DNA of 20,604 bases from an uncultured Spirochaetia bacterium (lineage in GTDB: Bacteria; Oederibacteriota; PGYV01; CAYNMZ01), in assembly GCA_964398505.1 (NCBI GenBank), contig CAYNMZ010000014.1, positions 3,489-24,092 on the forward strand. The letters run 5' to 3'. The notes beneath the pieces are model-generated. The model did no database searches and was not told where the DNA came from. It was given only the letters and a program-made list of their open reading frames with translations. This document shows, in pieces, positions 7,392-15,473 of this stretch (positions within the stretch are counted from its first letter, which is position 1; each line of letters starts with the position of its first letter). The position numbers and the translations under genes are program-made.

Positions 7392-7895
7392 ATGAAAATA
7401 AAAGTAAAATTGAGTCTTGAGGATTACCGCGGCTGGAACCTTGAGCATTTTTACGGCGGATTAAGGGGAAAGCTGCTTGTTGTAATTTCGGTTTGCCTTA
7501 TTGCCGTCACTGTGTATTATATAAAGGTTATGGGCCTTGAAAATCTTTCAAGAAATCCTCAGATAATATTTATAATATCCCTGGGCCTGCTTTTTCTTTT
7601 CATGATGCCGGTTTCAATATTTTACCAGTCAAAGAATGTGTTCCTGCGAGACAAGCTGCTTCAGGAGGAAATGGAATACGACCTTCGGGATAATGGTTTT
7701 AAGGTTTCATCGGAATCCGGCACGACGGAAGTTGGGGCTGAGCAGGTTTTTAAGGTGCGTATATCCGGCAAATTCGCGTCAATCTACATGTCGCCGATAC
7801 GCGCTTTTGTTGTTCCTGTACGGTTCCTTGACGAGGGGGCGATAAAGGAGATAAAGGCCTATGGCAAAAAGACGCGTAAAAAAACGGAAATTTAA
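7392..7895 (+). CDS. Small membrane protein, hypothetical (2 TM helices plus a C-terminal soluble domain)
   Basis: Hydrophobic segments LLVVISVCLIAVTVYYI and IIFIISLGLLFLFMMPVSIF are present. A TTGACT-17-TAAATT promoter-like element sits at 7356-7384, directly upstream, so the start codon assignment is uncertain. Confidence 0.5.
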   Translation: MKIKVKLSLEDYRGWNLEHFYGGLRGKLLVVISVCLIAVTVYYIKVMGLENLSRNPQIIFIISLGLLFLFMMPVSIFYQSKNVFLRDKLLQEEMEYDLRDNGFKVSSESGTTEVGAEQVFKVRISGKFASIYMSPIRAFVVPVRFLDEGAIKEIKAYGKKTRKKTEI

Positions 7896-7897
7896 CC

Positions 7898-8347
7898 CTA
7901 AAAAAATACCTGTGTAATCTTTATGGTTTTGTCCGCGGAAATTGCCGCTCCGGTGCCTGAAAGGGTGTAATCCGGATTCAGTATATTCGCCCTGTGGCCG
8001 GGGCTGTTCATCCAGCCGCGCACTGCTGCTGAAGCGGCTTCTTCCACTAACGGAAGGTAAGGGGTCGTATTTCCGTTTAACTCCTTTTCCCTGCGGCTTT
8101 CATGTATATTCTCTCCCACCCCTTTCCTGTAGCCGTTTTTTTTCTTTTTTATTATGTTATAACCGGCTTTCCTGGCGCGGTCAGAAGGGTTTAAACCTTC
8201 CTTGTTTATATGATCCGTGTAATTTTTATCTGCCATGTCGCGGCTATGCGCCCTTGCTATTGATGAGAGTTTGGCGCTGTAAGTAAAAGGCTTAAGGCCG
8301 TTCTTTACGCGTTCGGCGTTGACAAGCTCGTGCACCTTTTTTTTCAA
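7898..8347 (-). CDS. CAP/SCP (YkwD-like) domain protein whose signal peptide lies in another frame (see findings)
   Basis: ELVNAERVKNGLKPFTYSAKLSSIARAHSRDMADKNYTDH...VRGWMNSPGHRANILNPDYTLSGTG matches the CAP-domain consensus. In this frame the ORF begins only at a TTG inside an A8 tract. A signal-peptide ORF (MNNPLFRLALAVCAAAAALGLTAAS..., ATG at 8450) reads into the same A8 run in the +1 frame. Confidence 0.75.
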   Translation of the reverse strand: MKKKVHELVNAERVKNGLKPFTYSAKLSSIARAHSRDMADKNYTDHINKEGLNPSDRARKAGYNIIKKKKNGYRKGVGENIHESRREKELNGNTTPYLPLVEEAASAAVRGWMNSPGHRANILNPDYTLSGTGAAISADKTIKITQVFF

Positions 8348-8442
8348 GCCTGGCGGAATAACTTTCAGGGGCCGTCGAAGCGGCTGTCAAACCGAGCGCG
8401 GCTGCTGCCGCGCAGACGGCAAGCGCGAGCCTGAAAAGAGGA

Positions 8443-10920
8443 TTATTCATATTTATACACTGACATGAAGCCTGTGGGCCCGATAAAGCCGCAGTAAAGC
8501 GCGCTGCCGATTGCGGTCAATGAGGAAAAAGAACATGACGGGTCAGTGAAGCCTGAAGCTGAATTGAGCGGCTGCCAGCCGCTGCCATTGTATTTTCTTG
8601 CCACTATCTTTCCCGTGGCAGGGTCCATGTAAGACACGAATACCTCGTTATATGACCTGGCATAAATGGAATTATAGTGGCCTGTTGTGACATAAGGCAT
8701 GGACAAATCCTGCCAGTAAGAGCCGTTCCATTTGACAACATTGGGGACATTTCCGGGCATTGAGTAAATGACATAAACGCCGTCTGGGCCTGTAACGCTC
8801 ATGTCAATATCTGAAGCTGCCTGTGACGTGGCGTGCGAGCCGCCGAGCATGGCCCAGTCAGAGGCGCCGTTTTTCAGCATGACAGCGGCCTTGTTCGCGG
8901 ACGTTGAGTCCACATAAGCCACATACAATTTCAGCGTGCCGTCATTATAACCGTCTATTGAGACTGAGTTGTAAGAATTTATTGCCGCGGGCGGTGTGAA
9001 ATAAGCTGAGCCGTAATACTGCCATGAGCCGTTTAGGTATCTTACGGATACGCTGTTGCCTGCGGTGTCTTCGGCGAGCGCCACATAAGGGACGCCTGAG
9101 TCGATGAAAATGTTGGCGTTCCTGCCGGAAACTCCCGTTGACTGGTGAAGGCTCCAGGAATCCGCGCTTGTTACATATCTGACGGTGTATCCGCTTGTAT
9201 AATCCGGGTATACGACGTAGGTGTTGCCCGAACCGCAGGCCAGCCATTTCTTACCGAGCATTGAAGTCTGCGCAGAGCTCACCCTTTGCGTGTTGTTGAC
9301 ATACAGCCCGCCGAAACGCTCGTAACCGTATGTTACAGAGGCGCCGTCTGAAGAAAGCGCCGGGTTTGTTGAGCTTGAATTTGAGCCAAAAACATGGCTT
9401 GTCCATGAGCTTAAAGTCGGCGTTACAGTGGGCGAGGCTGTATTTGTCGGGCTCGCGGTATTCGTTTCTGTAATTGTGCGTGTGGCTGTGGGTGTCATCT
9501 GCGCGGCGGAAAGGGACAGGTTGTAGCTGAACGACTGGTCGCCCTGTACCCTGATATATACGGGGCCGGGAGTCAGGATGTCAAGTATTACTATTTCCAT
9601 GTCCGCGGTGCTTTCTTCCCTTGTGTATGTGCCCGAGTCCTGCGGCACAGGCGCAGGGCATTGATTTAAAATGAAATCAGCCTTGTAATAAGAGCCGCTC
9701 TCTCCCCAGCAATACACGGTTACAACCTCGTTGCCGGGCGAGGTGTATTCGGCAAAATCGTCGTCCGTCCTTGGCACTATGCTCCTTACCTGTGTCTCGC
9801 CGTTTGATATGGGCTTGGCCGAGCCCGGCATGGCTTCATCGTCCTCCTCGTATGAGTCGGCTTGATATGTGATTGTAGGCGTAGGAGTGGAGGTTTCTGT
9901 GGCTGAAGGGGTAATGGTGGGAGTGGCTGTTGAGTCTGCGCGGGTGAAAGTGACGCTGTATGAGACCGGGTTTGTGCCGTCATAAGTTATCCTGAAGTAG
10001 TATACGCCTTCTGTAAGCGTCTTTGAAACAGGAGGCGGGTTGGGGTCGCCGTAGTAATCTATCAAAGGGGAGCCTGAAACAGCCGCGGCGCTGTCATAAT
10101 AATAAAGATGAGTGCCGTTAGTGGCCCCGCCGAAAACTACGGATATGTATATGCTTGAAATGACAGACTGCGGTACTGTTATTTTCAGCCAATCCTCATC
10201 GCCTTCGGGGTCAAGGGTGCGGCCCGACTGGTTTCCTGATATCTCGTTCGCGGATGTGTATGTGTTGTCAGGTTCGTAAATATCCAGGCTTGGAGTTGCT
10301 GTGAGTGTTTCAGTCGGCGTGATTGTCTCGGTCGGCTCTGTGTTTTCCGGTGTTGGCGTGTCTTCCTCTGTGGGCGTGTCCTCTTCTGTCGGGACTATCT
10401 CCTCTGTGGGAGTGATTGTGGGGGATAAGACGCCGGCGCTGAAAGACAGCTTGTAATTGAAAATGTCACAGCCCGGAGAGTCGTAGTTCCAGGCGCGTAT
10501 CTTTGCGTAGTAGGTGCCGGCGGGAACTTCCTGGGCTGACCCTGAAGCAGGGCCGCTTCCGTCGCCGGCGAAGATTATGCCGTTGTCAATACCGTTGCCG
10601 TCCGGGCCGTCCCAGCATTCAATATAGGTCGGAAAGGAAGTGTCGAATGTGGTAAGGCTTATATTTGATGTTCCGCTAAGCGTAAAAACGACCCAGTCAT
10701 CCTCGTTGCAGTCATGTATGCTCCTTGACTGGGTTTCGCCGGGAAGTATTTGTTTTGCCGCAGAAGAAGTGTCATCTTCCTCGTATGAGTCAGGCGCCAC
10801 CTGGCCCGGTGTAGGGGCGGGCACGGACGGGCCGGAAGGGGGGTTATTGCCGCAGGAAATGAAATATATCACAATAAAAGCAATGGCAAGCAACAAAGGG
10901 AAGATAACACGAAGCTTCAT
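8443..10920 (-). CDS. Large secreted lipoprotein with three PPC (pre-peptidase C-terminal-like) domains, Thr/Pro-rich linkers and a C-terminal beta-rich (propeller-like) domain
   Basis: The signal peptide is MKLRVIFPLLLAIAFIVIYFISC-GNN, with a lipobox-like ISC. Three segments carry the PPC signature: YEEDDTSSAAKQILPGETQSRSIHDCNEDDWVVF, YEPDNTYTSANEISGNQSGRTLDPEGDEDWLKI and YEEDDEAMPGSAKPISNGETQVRSIVPRTDDDFAEY. The linkers are PTEEIVPTEEDTPTEEDTPTPENTEPTETITPTETLTATPS, TATPTITPSATETSTPTPTITY and TPTATRTITETNTASPTNTASPTVTPT. The C-terminal ~300 aa are rich in W/Y/G repeats. Confidence 0.8.
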   Translation of the reverse strand: MKLRVIFPLLLAIAFIVIYFISCGNNPPSGPSVPAPTPGQVAPDSYEEDDTSSAAKQILPGETQSRSIHDCNEDDWVVFTLSGTSNISLTTFDTSFPTYIECWDGPDGNGIDNGIIFAGDGSGPASGSAQEVPAGTYYAKIRAWNYDSPGCDIFNYKLSFSAGVLSPTITPTEEIVPTEEDTPTEEDTPTPENTEPTETITPTETLTATPSLDIYEPDNTYTSANEISGNQSGRTLDPEGDEDWLKITVPQSVISSIYISVVFGGATNGTHLYYYDSAAAVSGSPLIDYYGDPNPPPVSKTLTEGVYYFRITYDGTNPVSYSVTFTRADSTATPTITPSATETSTPTPTITYQADSYEEDDEAMPGSAKPISNGETQVRSIVPRTDDDFAEYTSPGNEVVTVYCWGESGSYYKADFILNQCPAPVPQDSGTYTREESTADMEIVILDILTPGPVYIRVQGDQSFSYNLSLSAAQMTPTATRTITETNTASPTNTASPTVTPTLSSWTSHVFGSNSSSTNPALSSDGASVTYGYERFGGLYVNNTQRVSSAQTSMLGKKWLACGSGNTYVVYPDYTSGYTVRYVTSADSWSLHQSTGVSGRNANIFIDSGVPYVALAEDTAGNSVSVRYLNGSWQYYGSAYFTPPAAINSYNSVSIDGYNDGTLKLYVAYVDSTSANKAAVMLKNGASDWAMLGGSHATSQAASDIDMSVTGPDGVYVIYSMPGNVPNVVKWNGSYWQDLSMPYVTTGHYNSIYARSYNEVFVSYMDPATGKIVARKYNGSGWQPLNSASGFTDPSCSFSSLTAIGSALYCGFIGPTGFMSVYKYE

Positions 10921-11009
10921 TGTTATGACCTCCTGCAGCAGGCAAGTTTATTAAAGGAATCACAATATATATATACCATATAATTAGCGTTTTGTAATTT
11001 AATTTTATT

Positions 11010-11018
11010 TGCTATAAT
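11010..11018 (+). promoter_or_regulatory. Extended -10 promoter element (TGcTATAAT) in the divergent control region
   Basis: TGnTATAAT lies at 11010-11018 and is followed by the SD-like GGAGGTGA at 11028-11035. It is oriented toward the GT-C gene. The divergent lipoprotein gene starts at 10920. Confidence 0.4.
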
Positions 11019-11062
11019 CCTCGCTGCGGAGGTGACTTCTGGCTGCGAATATATTTTCTTTT

Positions 11063-12904
11063 TTGATTGCCGCGGTATTCTTTTTAATCACCGCGGGCAC
11101 GGGAACGTTGGTGCTTAAGGCCGTCGGCTTTAGGGCAGAGAACGGGGCCGGGCGCCTTGTGTTTTCCTTTGCCGCCGGAAGCGTTGTTTTTTCGCTTGTT
11201 CTGCTAGGCGCGGGAAAACTGGGGTTTTTGGGCAGGCCGCAGGTCCTGGCGCTTACCGCGGTTTTTGTCGCGGTGTCGCTTTTCGGGTTTAAGCGGACGC
11301 TGCAGGACATTGCCGTACTTATAAAGGGCATAAGCTCGCCGGTAAAAGGCATTATAATGGCGGCCTTGGCCATGTTGTTTCTTGGCAGGGTTTTATACGC
11401 ATTTTTCAATTCTTTTGTGCCGCCTCAGGCATGGGATACGCTCGCCTACCATTACGCGATACCGGCGCTTTATAAATCCGCAGGAAGCGTTTTCTATATC
11501 CCGCACATGTTCCATTCAAACTGGCCGCAGAACATGGAGATGGCCTTTTCCTGGGCCATGATAATTGACTCTGACATCGCGGCCAATGCCGTAAGCTTCG
11601 TTTATTCCCTGATGTTGCTTGCGTGCGTTTACGCGCTTGCGTCAAGGCAGGGCGGCCCAGCCGCGGGTTTCATAGCAGCTGCCGTAGTTTCCGCCACTGT
11701 ATTTTTCAAGCAGGACTCCTCAAACGGATATGTGGATACGGGCCTTGCTTTTTTTGAGGCAGCCGCTTTTCTCGGATTTTTGGCCTACATGAAAGACAGG
11801 GACAACAGGTATGCCGCGGTTTCCGGCATATGCGCCGCGGGCGCGGCATCCGTAAAGATACTTGGGCTTTTTTCCTGCGCTTTCCTGCCGTTTTTCTTCC
11901 TTTTTACGCGATATCTCAACGCTGACAAGGAGAGAAAACCGGACATAAAAGCTGCCGTGATTTTTGCATCGGTCGCGGCCCTGTTTGCATCGGCCTGGTA
12001 TGTAAAAAGCGCGATTGATACGGGAAATCCCGTATGGCCTTTCGCGTACAAGTTGTTTGGCGGCATTAACTGGACAGAGGAGCTTGGCCGGCACAGGGCG
12101 GAATATTACGCGTCCCTGGGAGGCGGCAAGGGTTTTCTAAACGTGATTTTAATGCCGTTAAAGCTGATACAGTCCGGGAATATGGACGGTTTTGTCGGGA
12201 ATAACATGCTTTTCTTCTATGCCATGCTGCCTTTTGCCTTGCGCTCAGTGTCGCGTGAAAAGGACAGGATGACGGCTGCGGCGCTTGTTTATGGGCTTGT
12301 GTTTTATCTTTTCTGGACAGCGGGCACTTTTATGACAAGGTTTCTGTATCCCGGGCTTGTGGTTTTTATGGCAGTCGCGTCCGCGGAAGCCGCGCGGCTT
12401 CTTGAGGGCAGGCACGGCAAAATTATGAAGTACGCATGCGCGGCAATACTCCTGTACCTGATGATTTTTTCGTATCCTGTAAGAAATCCCGCGAAGATAA
12501 CAGGCCTTAATTTCTTCCTGGGCCTTGTTGACAGGGAAGAATACCTGGAAAAAAACCAGGATAATTACCGGCTTTATAAAAGGGTGAACAACGACGCGGC
12601 AATTGACGGACGCATAGTTCTTTTCAGGGAAATAAGGGGTTATTACCTGGAAAAAGATTACATTTGGGGTGACCCGGTAAACCAGGGCATTATTTCATAT
12701 ATAAGCCCGGAAAAGACGCTCTATGACCTTGAAAAGAACGGTGTTAAATTCATTATATATAATAACAGGCAGCAGGAGGACGGTTCCGGCGGCTATGGAA
12801 GGCGCGGTTATGAGATAATGAGGCAGGTCGCCGAAAGGTACGGGAAGCTGATTTATTGCGAAGGAACCGCATGTATTTATAGATTAAAAAGCTATAGACC
12901 ATAA
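11063..12904 (+). CDS. Polytopic membrane protein with a C-terminal periplasmic domain; putative GT-C-fold glycosyltransferase (PMT/ArnT/GT39-like)
   Basis: About 11-13 hydrophobic helices span the first ~430 aa. The first extracytoplasmic loop carries an acidic WD motif (PPQAWDTLAYHYAIPALY) near aromatic residues, and a soluble ~180-aa C-terminal domain follows. This is the architecture of GT-C enzymes. The start is uncertain: the TTG at 11063 is the first in-frame NTG after the stop at 11033-11035. The GGAGGTGA lies 27 nt upstream of it, and the only codon at SD spacing is a CTG at 11039. Confidence 0.55.
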   Translation: MIAAVFFLITAGTGTLVLKAVGFRAENGAGRLVFSFAAGSVVFSLVLLGAGKLGFLGRPQVLALTAVFVAVSLFGFKRTLQDIAVLIKGISSPVKGIIMAALAMLFLGRVLYAFFNSFVPPQAWDTLAYHYAIPALYKSAGSVFYIPHMFHSNWPQNMEMAFSWAMIIDSDIAANAVSFVYSLMLLACVYALASRQGGPAAGFIAAAVVSATVFFKQDSSNGYVDTGLAFFEAAAFLGFLAYMKDRDNRYAAVSGICAAGAASVKILGLFSCAFLPFFFLFTRYLNADKERKPDIKAAVIFASVAALFASAWYVKSAIDTGNPVWPFAYKLFGGINWTEELGRHRAEYYASLGGGKGFLNVILMPLKLIQSGNMDGFVGNNMLFFYAMLPFALRSVSREKDRMTAAALVYGLVFYLFWTAGTFMTRFLYPGLVVFMAVASAEAARLLEGRHGKIMKYACAAILLYLMIFSYPVRNPAKITGLNFFLGLVDREEYLEKNQDNYRLYKRVNNDAAIDGRIVLFREIRGYYLEKDYIWGDPVNQGIISYISPEKTLYDLEKNGVKFIIYNNRQQEDGSGGYGRRGYEIMRQVAERYGKLIYCEGTACIYRLKSYRP

Positions 12905-12912
12905 TCCATAGT

Positions 12913-14484
12913 TTATTTATTCAAAAGGTCTTTGTATTTTTCCTCTACGTGCTTGCGCCTTACTTTCAGGGTCTGGGTAAGCTCGTCGCCGATTGAAAAT
13001 TTCTTTTTGACCAGCACGAACCTGGTAATGCGTTCAAAGGGCTTGAACCCGTTTGCCCTGCTTATCAGCCTGGAAATTTCCCTGTTAAATTCCTTTATCA
13101 GCCTGCTGTGCTGTATCAAGTCCCCGCCTTTGCTGACGATCTCGTCCCACGATATCCTCGCCCTGCCCGCGAAATGCCTGAGCTTTTCCTCGTTCACGGA
13201 AATGATCGCGGCCGGGGATTTCTTGTCCTGGCCGACTACGACCGCGTGCTCGACAAGCGGGATTTCCTTCAGTTTCTCCTCTATGGGTTCAGGCTCAAGG
13301 TTTTCACCGCCGAGGAGCACTATGGTTGACTTGGCGCGGCCTGTCATCACATAATCGCCGTTAAGCGATTTTAGGGCTATGTCGCCCGTATTGAGCCAGC
13401 CGTCCTGCGAGAGGACAGCTCTAGTGGCGTCAGGGTTTTTATAATAGCCGGACATGACCTGCGGGCCGCGCACATGCAGAACTCCTTTTTCGCCGGCCGC
13501 CGCTTCTGTGCCGTCTTCTTTTACGACCTTAACCTCTGTTTCAGGCAGGGGAATGCCTATGGAACCTATTGTGTTCCTGTCCAGCCTGCGCGTTACAGCG
13601 CCGGGAGATGTCTCTGTCATGCCGTAAGCGTTGACGAGCCTTATGCCCATGGCGTTAAATGCCAAGTCAATGTGATACGGAAGGGAGCCGCCGCCTGAAA
13701 AGGACGCGCGCAGTTTTCCTCCGAGCAGCTCGCGTGCGGGAGAAAAGACCTTCTTTGAAATGGCGTAAAAGGGCAGGGTAAATGCGTACAAGACGGCGGC
13801 GAAAAACCTGTCAAGCGCGGTATCGGGCCTGAATATTACAGAGATGCGCGCGAGACGGTTGCGTGCAGAGAGAAAGGCCATGGCGGACAAAAGGAAGAAA
13901 TTGAACACAAGTTTTTTCAGCGCGGGGCCTGAGCTTAGCTTTGAAGTCATTTTATCATATATGGATTCCCATATCCTGGGCACTGAGCATACTATCTCAG
14001 GGGATTCGTTCTTAAGGTCTTCTGCGAAGTGCTTTATGTCTGAATACACGGTTGTGACACCTCCTGCGGCAGTGCAGTACTCGTAAGTACGCTCATAAAC
14101 ATGCCAGCTTGGCAGTATTGAAACGGTCTTTTCGCCCTTGTCCGGGTTTATCCAAAGAAGCGGGGTTATTGCCCGTACATTGTGCAGGAAGTTGGCGTGT
14201 GTAAGTGTCACGCCTTTCGGGTTGTCAGAAGTGCCTGAAGTGTAAATTATGGAAGCTGTGTCAGTGTCTTTTATTCGCGACATGGAAGCCCTGTAATAAG
14301 CGGTGATGTCTCCGGCTTTATCCCTTCCTGCGGCATACAGGGCCTTGTAGTAGAAAACCCTGCCCTTTAAACCCTCAGGTTCTTCGCCTGCCGGGCCGTC
14401 CATAATGAAAACAGCCCTTATGGAGGCAAGTTCTGAAGCGGAAAAAAGACCCGCAAATTCCCGTAACAACGGGATGTTTTCCAT
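12913..14484 (-). CDS. Long-chain fatty acid-CoA ligase (AMP-forming, FAA1/FadD-like), C-terminal 523-aa portion of a frameshifted gene
   Basis: The AMP-binding motif I IYTSGTSDNPKGV is present, along with AYGMTET, GWLNTGDIA and the C-terminal ...TLKVRRKHVEEKY. Motif I sits only ~80 aa from the apparent N-terminus, so the N-terminal ~115 aa are missing. They are encoded by the upstream fragment. Confidence 0.85.
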   Translation of the reverse strand: MENIPLLREFAGLFSASELASIRAVFIMDGPAGEEPEGLKGRVFYYKALYAAGRDKAGDITAYYRASMSRIKDTDTASIIYTSGTSDNPKGVTLTHANFLHNVRAITPLLWINPDKGEKTVSILPSWHVYERTYEYCTAAGGVTTVYSDIKHFAEDLKNESPEIVCSVPRIWESIYDKMTSKLSSGPALKKLVFNFFLLSAMAFLSARNRLARISVIFRPDTALDRFFAAVLYAFTLPFYAISKKVFSPARELLGGKLRASFSGGGSLPYHIDLAFNAMGIRLVNAYGMTETSPGAVTRRLDRNTIGSIGIPLPETEVKVVKEDGTEAAAGEKGVLHVRGPQVMSGYYKNPDATRAVLSQDGWLNTGDIALKSLNGDYVMTGRAKSTIVLLGGENLEPEPIEEKLKEIPLVEHAVVVGQDKKSPAAIISVNEEKLRHFAGRARISWDEIVSKGGDLIQHSRLIKEFNREISRLISRANGFKPFERITRFVLVKKKFSIGDELTQTLKVRRKHVEEKYKDLLNK

Positions 14485-14527
14485 TATAAGGAATGAAGAG
14501 TCAGAATGTGAGAATATGAATTTCTGC

Positions 14528-14827
14528 TCAAGCGGGGGGGGTGTCGGAACCGTGGGGCACTGAAACTGCGCCGCAAAGCATTAGCGCATAATCGGAAACC
14601 GCCCATTCATACCTGTTGTTGCAGAAAAAGGAAACATGGCTGCCTTTTTTTATCCCAAAAGAGGAAAAACCCGCGCTTAAGGCGGTGATGTCATCCCTGA
14701 ACTCCGTGAAAGTCTTTGAGGAAAAGCCTGTAGCGTGCCTGAATTTGTGGGACATCCTGGACGGGAAAATTGACGCGTTTCTGTCGGGGATTTCGCAGAG
14801 ATTGTTATAGGCAGTGTAGAGTTCCAA
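14528..14827 (-). pseudogene. N-terminal fragment of the same acyl-CoA synthetase, separated by a +1 frameshift in a G8/C8 homopolymer
   Basis: It encodes ...FTEFRDDITALSAGFSSFGIKKGSHVSFFCNNRYEWAVSDYALMLCGAVSVPHGSDTPPA*, which is the ACS N-terminal region (G.kkGd.V......EW...D.A....Gav.VP). The likely start is the TTG at 14827, preceded by AAGAGGTGA. Removing one G from 14534-14541 joins this fragment to the downstream ORF as ...TPPLEQKFIFSHSDSSFLIMENIPLL... Confidence 0.55.
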
Positions 14828-14961
14828 GTCTTCACCTCTTTTTTTGTGTGACCGTGATTCTATCAGGTTGCCGCTGTTTTGTATATTAAATAATAGACTC
14901 AAAGTCAGTGCTTGTGCGAAAATGCGGAACGAGCGTTTTGAACAGCGATACATAAAATCAC

Positions 14962-14990
14962 TTGATTTATATGACAAAAATTATTAAAAT
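14962..14990 (+). promoter_or_regulatory. Sigma70-like promoter (TTGATT-17-TAAAAT) for the PilZ gene
   Basis: The -35 hexamer is at 14962-14967, followed by a 17-nt spacer and the -10 at 14985-14990. This places the transcription start near 14997, upstream of ACGGAGGAAAC and the ATG at 15022. Confidence 0.45.
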
Positions 14991-15021
14991 GATAAAAACA
15001 AACATGAAATACGGAGGAAAC

Positions 15022-15375
15022 ATGGCCAGAAACGAGCTTTTTGAAAGAAGAAAGTATAGAAGAATTAAGGTGGACATGGAATTAAAGTTCCATGAAATAA
15101 TTACGGACAGTTTTTTCAATGAAAAAGGCGGCCCTGGCTGTTCAAGGATTATTGACATAAGCAGGGGCGGCATGCAGATTTTAACAGAAAACGCCTGGAA
15201 TGAAGGCGGGGATAAGCTTATAGAAGCTGAGTTTAATATCGCAGGCAAGCCGATAAGGCTTATAGCGCATGTGGTCTGGAGCATGTATGATGATAAGCTG
15301 AAAATGTACAGGTCGGGCGCGGAGTTTATAGTTGTAAAATCAGGCGACCTGGACGTGATTGCTGAAATGGCTTAG
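15022..15375 (+). CDS. PilZ-domain protein (single-domain c-di-GMP receptor candidate)
   Basis: The RxxxR motif (RRKYRRIKVDMEL) and the D.SxGG motif (IDISRGGMQI) are about 40 aa apart, which is the c-di-GMP-binding signature of PilZ. The start is chosen at the ATG at 15022 with a strong SD. The ORF-track start at 14962 lies inside the promoter. Confidence 0.7.
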   Translation: MARNELFERRKYRRIKVDMELKFHEIITDSFFNEKGGPGCSRIIDISRGGMQILTENAWNEGGDKLIEAEFNIAGKPIRLIAHVVWSMYDDKLKMYRSGAEFIVVKSGDLDVIAEMA

Positions 15376-15473
15376 CCGGACAGGGCGCGCGGAACGCGCC
15401 TAAAAAATATGGACTGGACCGTCCGGATATGATATATTATGAAAGTTATTTATAACAATCCGGAGGGGCCATA

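Noticed and set aside
11005-11409. 134-aa minus-strand ORF spanning the divergent promoter and the GT-C gene start
   Set aside because: It would run through the AT-rich control region and overlap the start of the lipoprotein gene. It has no support.
15376-15473. GC hairpin GGCGCG-cggaa-CGCGCC after the first PilZ gene, considered as a terminator
   Set aside because: It is not followed by a U-tract on either strand. It sits inside a longer CCGGAC...GTCCGG complementarity. It may still be a weak or bidirectional attenuator, but it cannot be called an intrinsic terminator.
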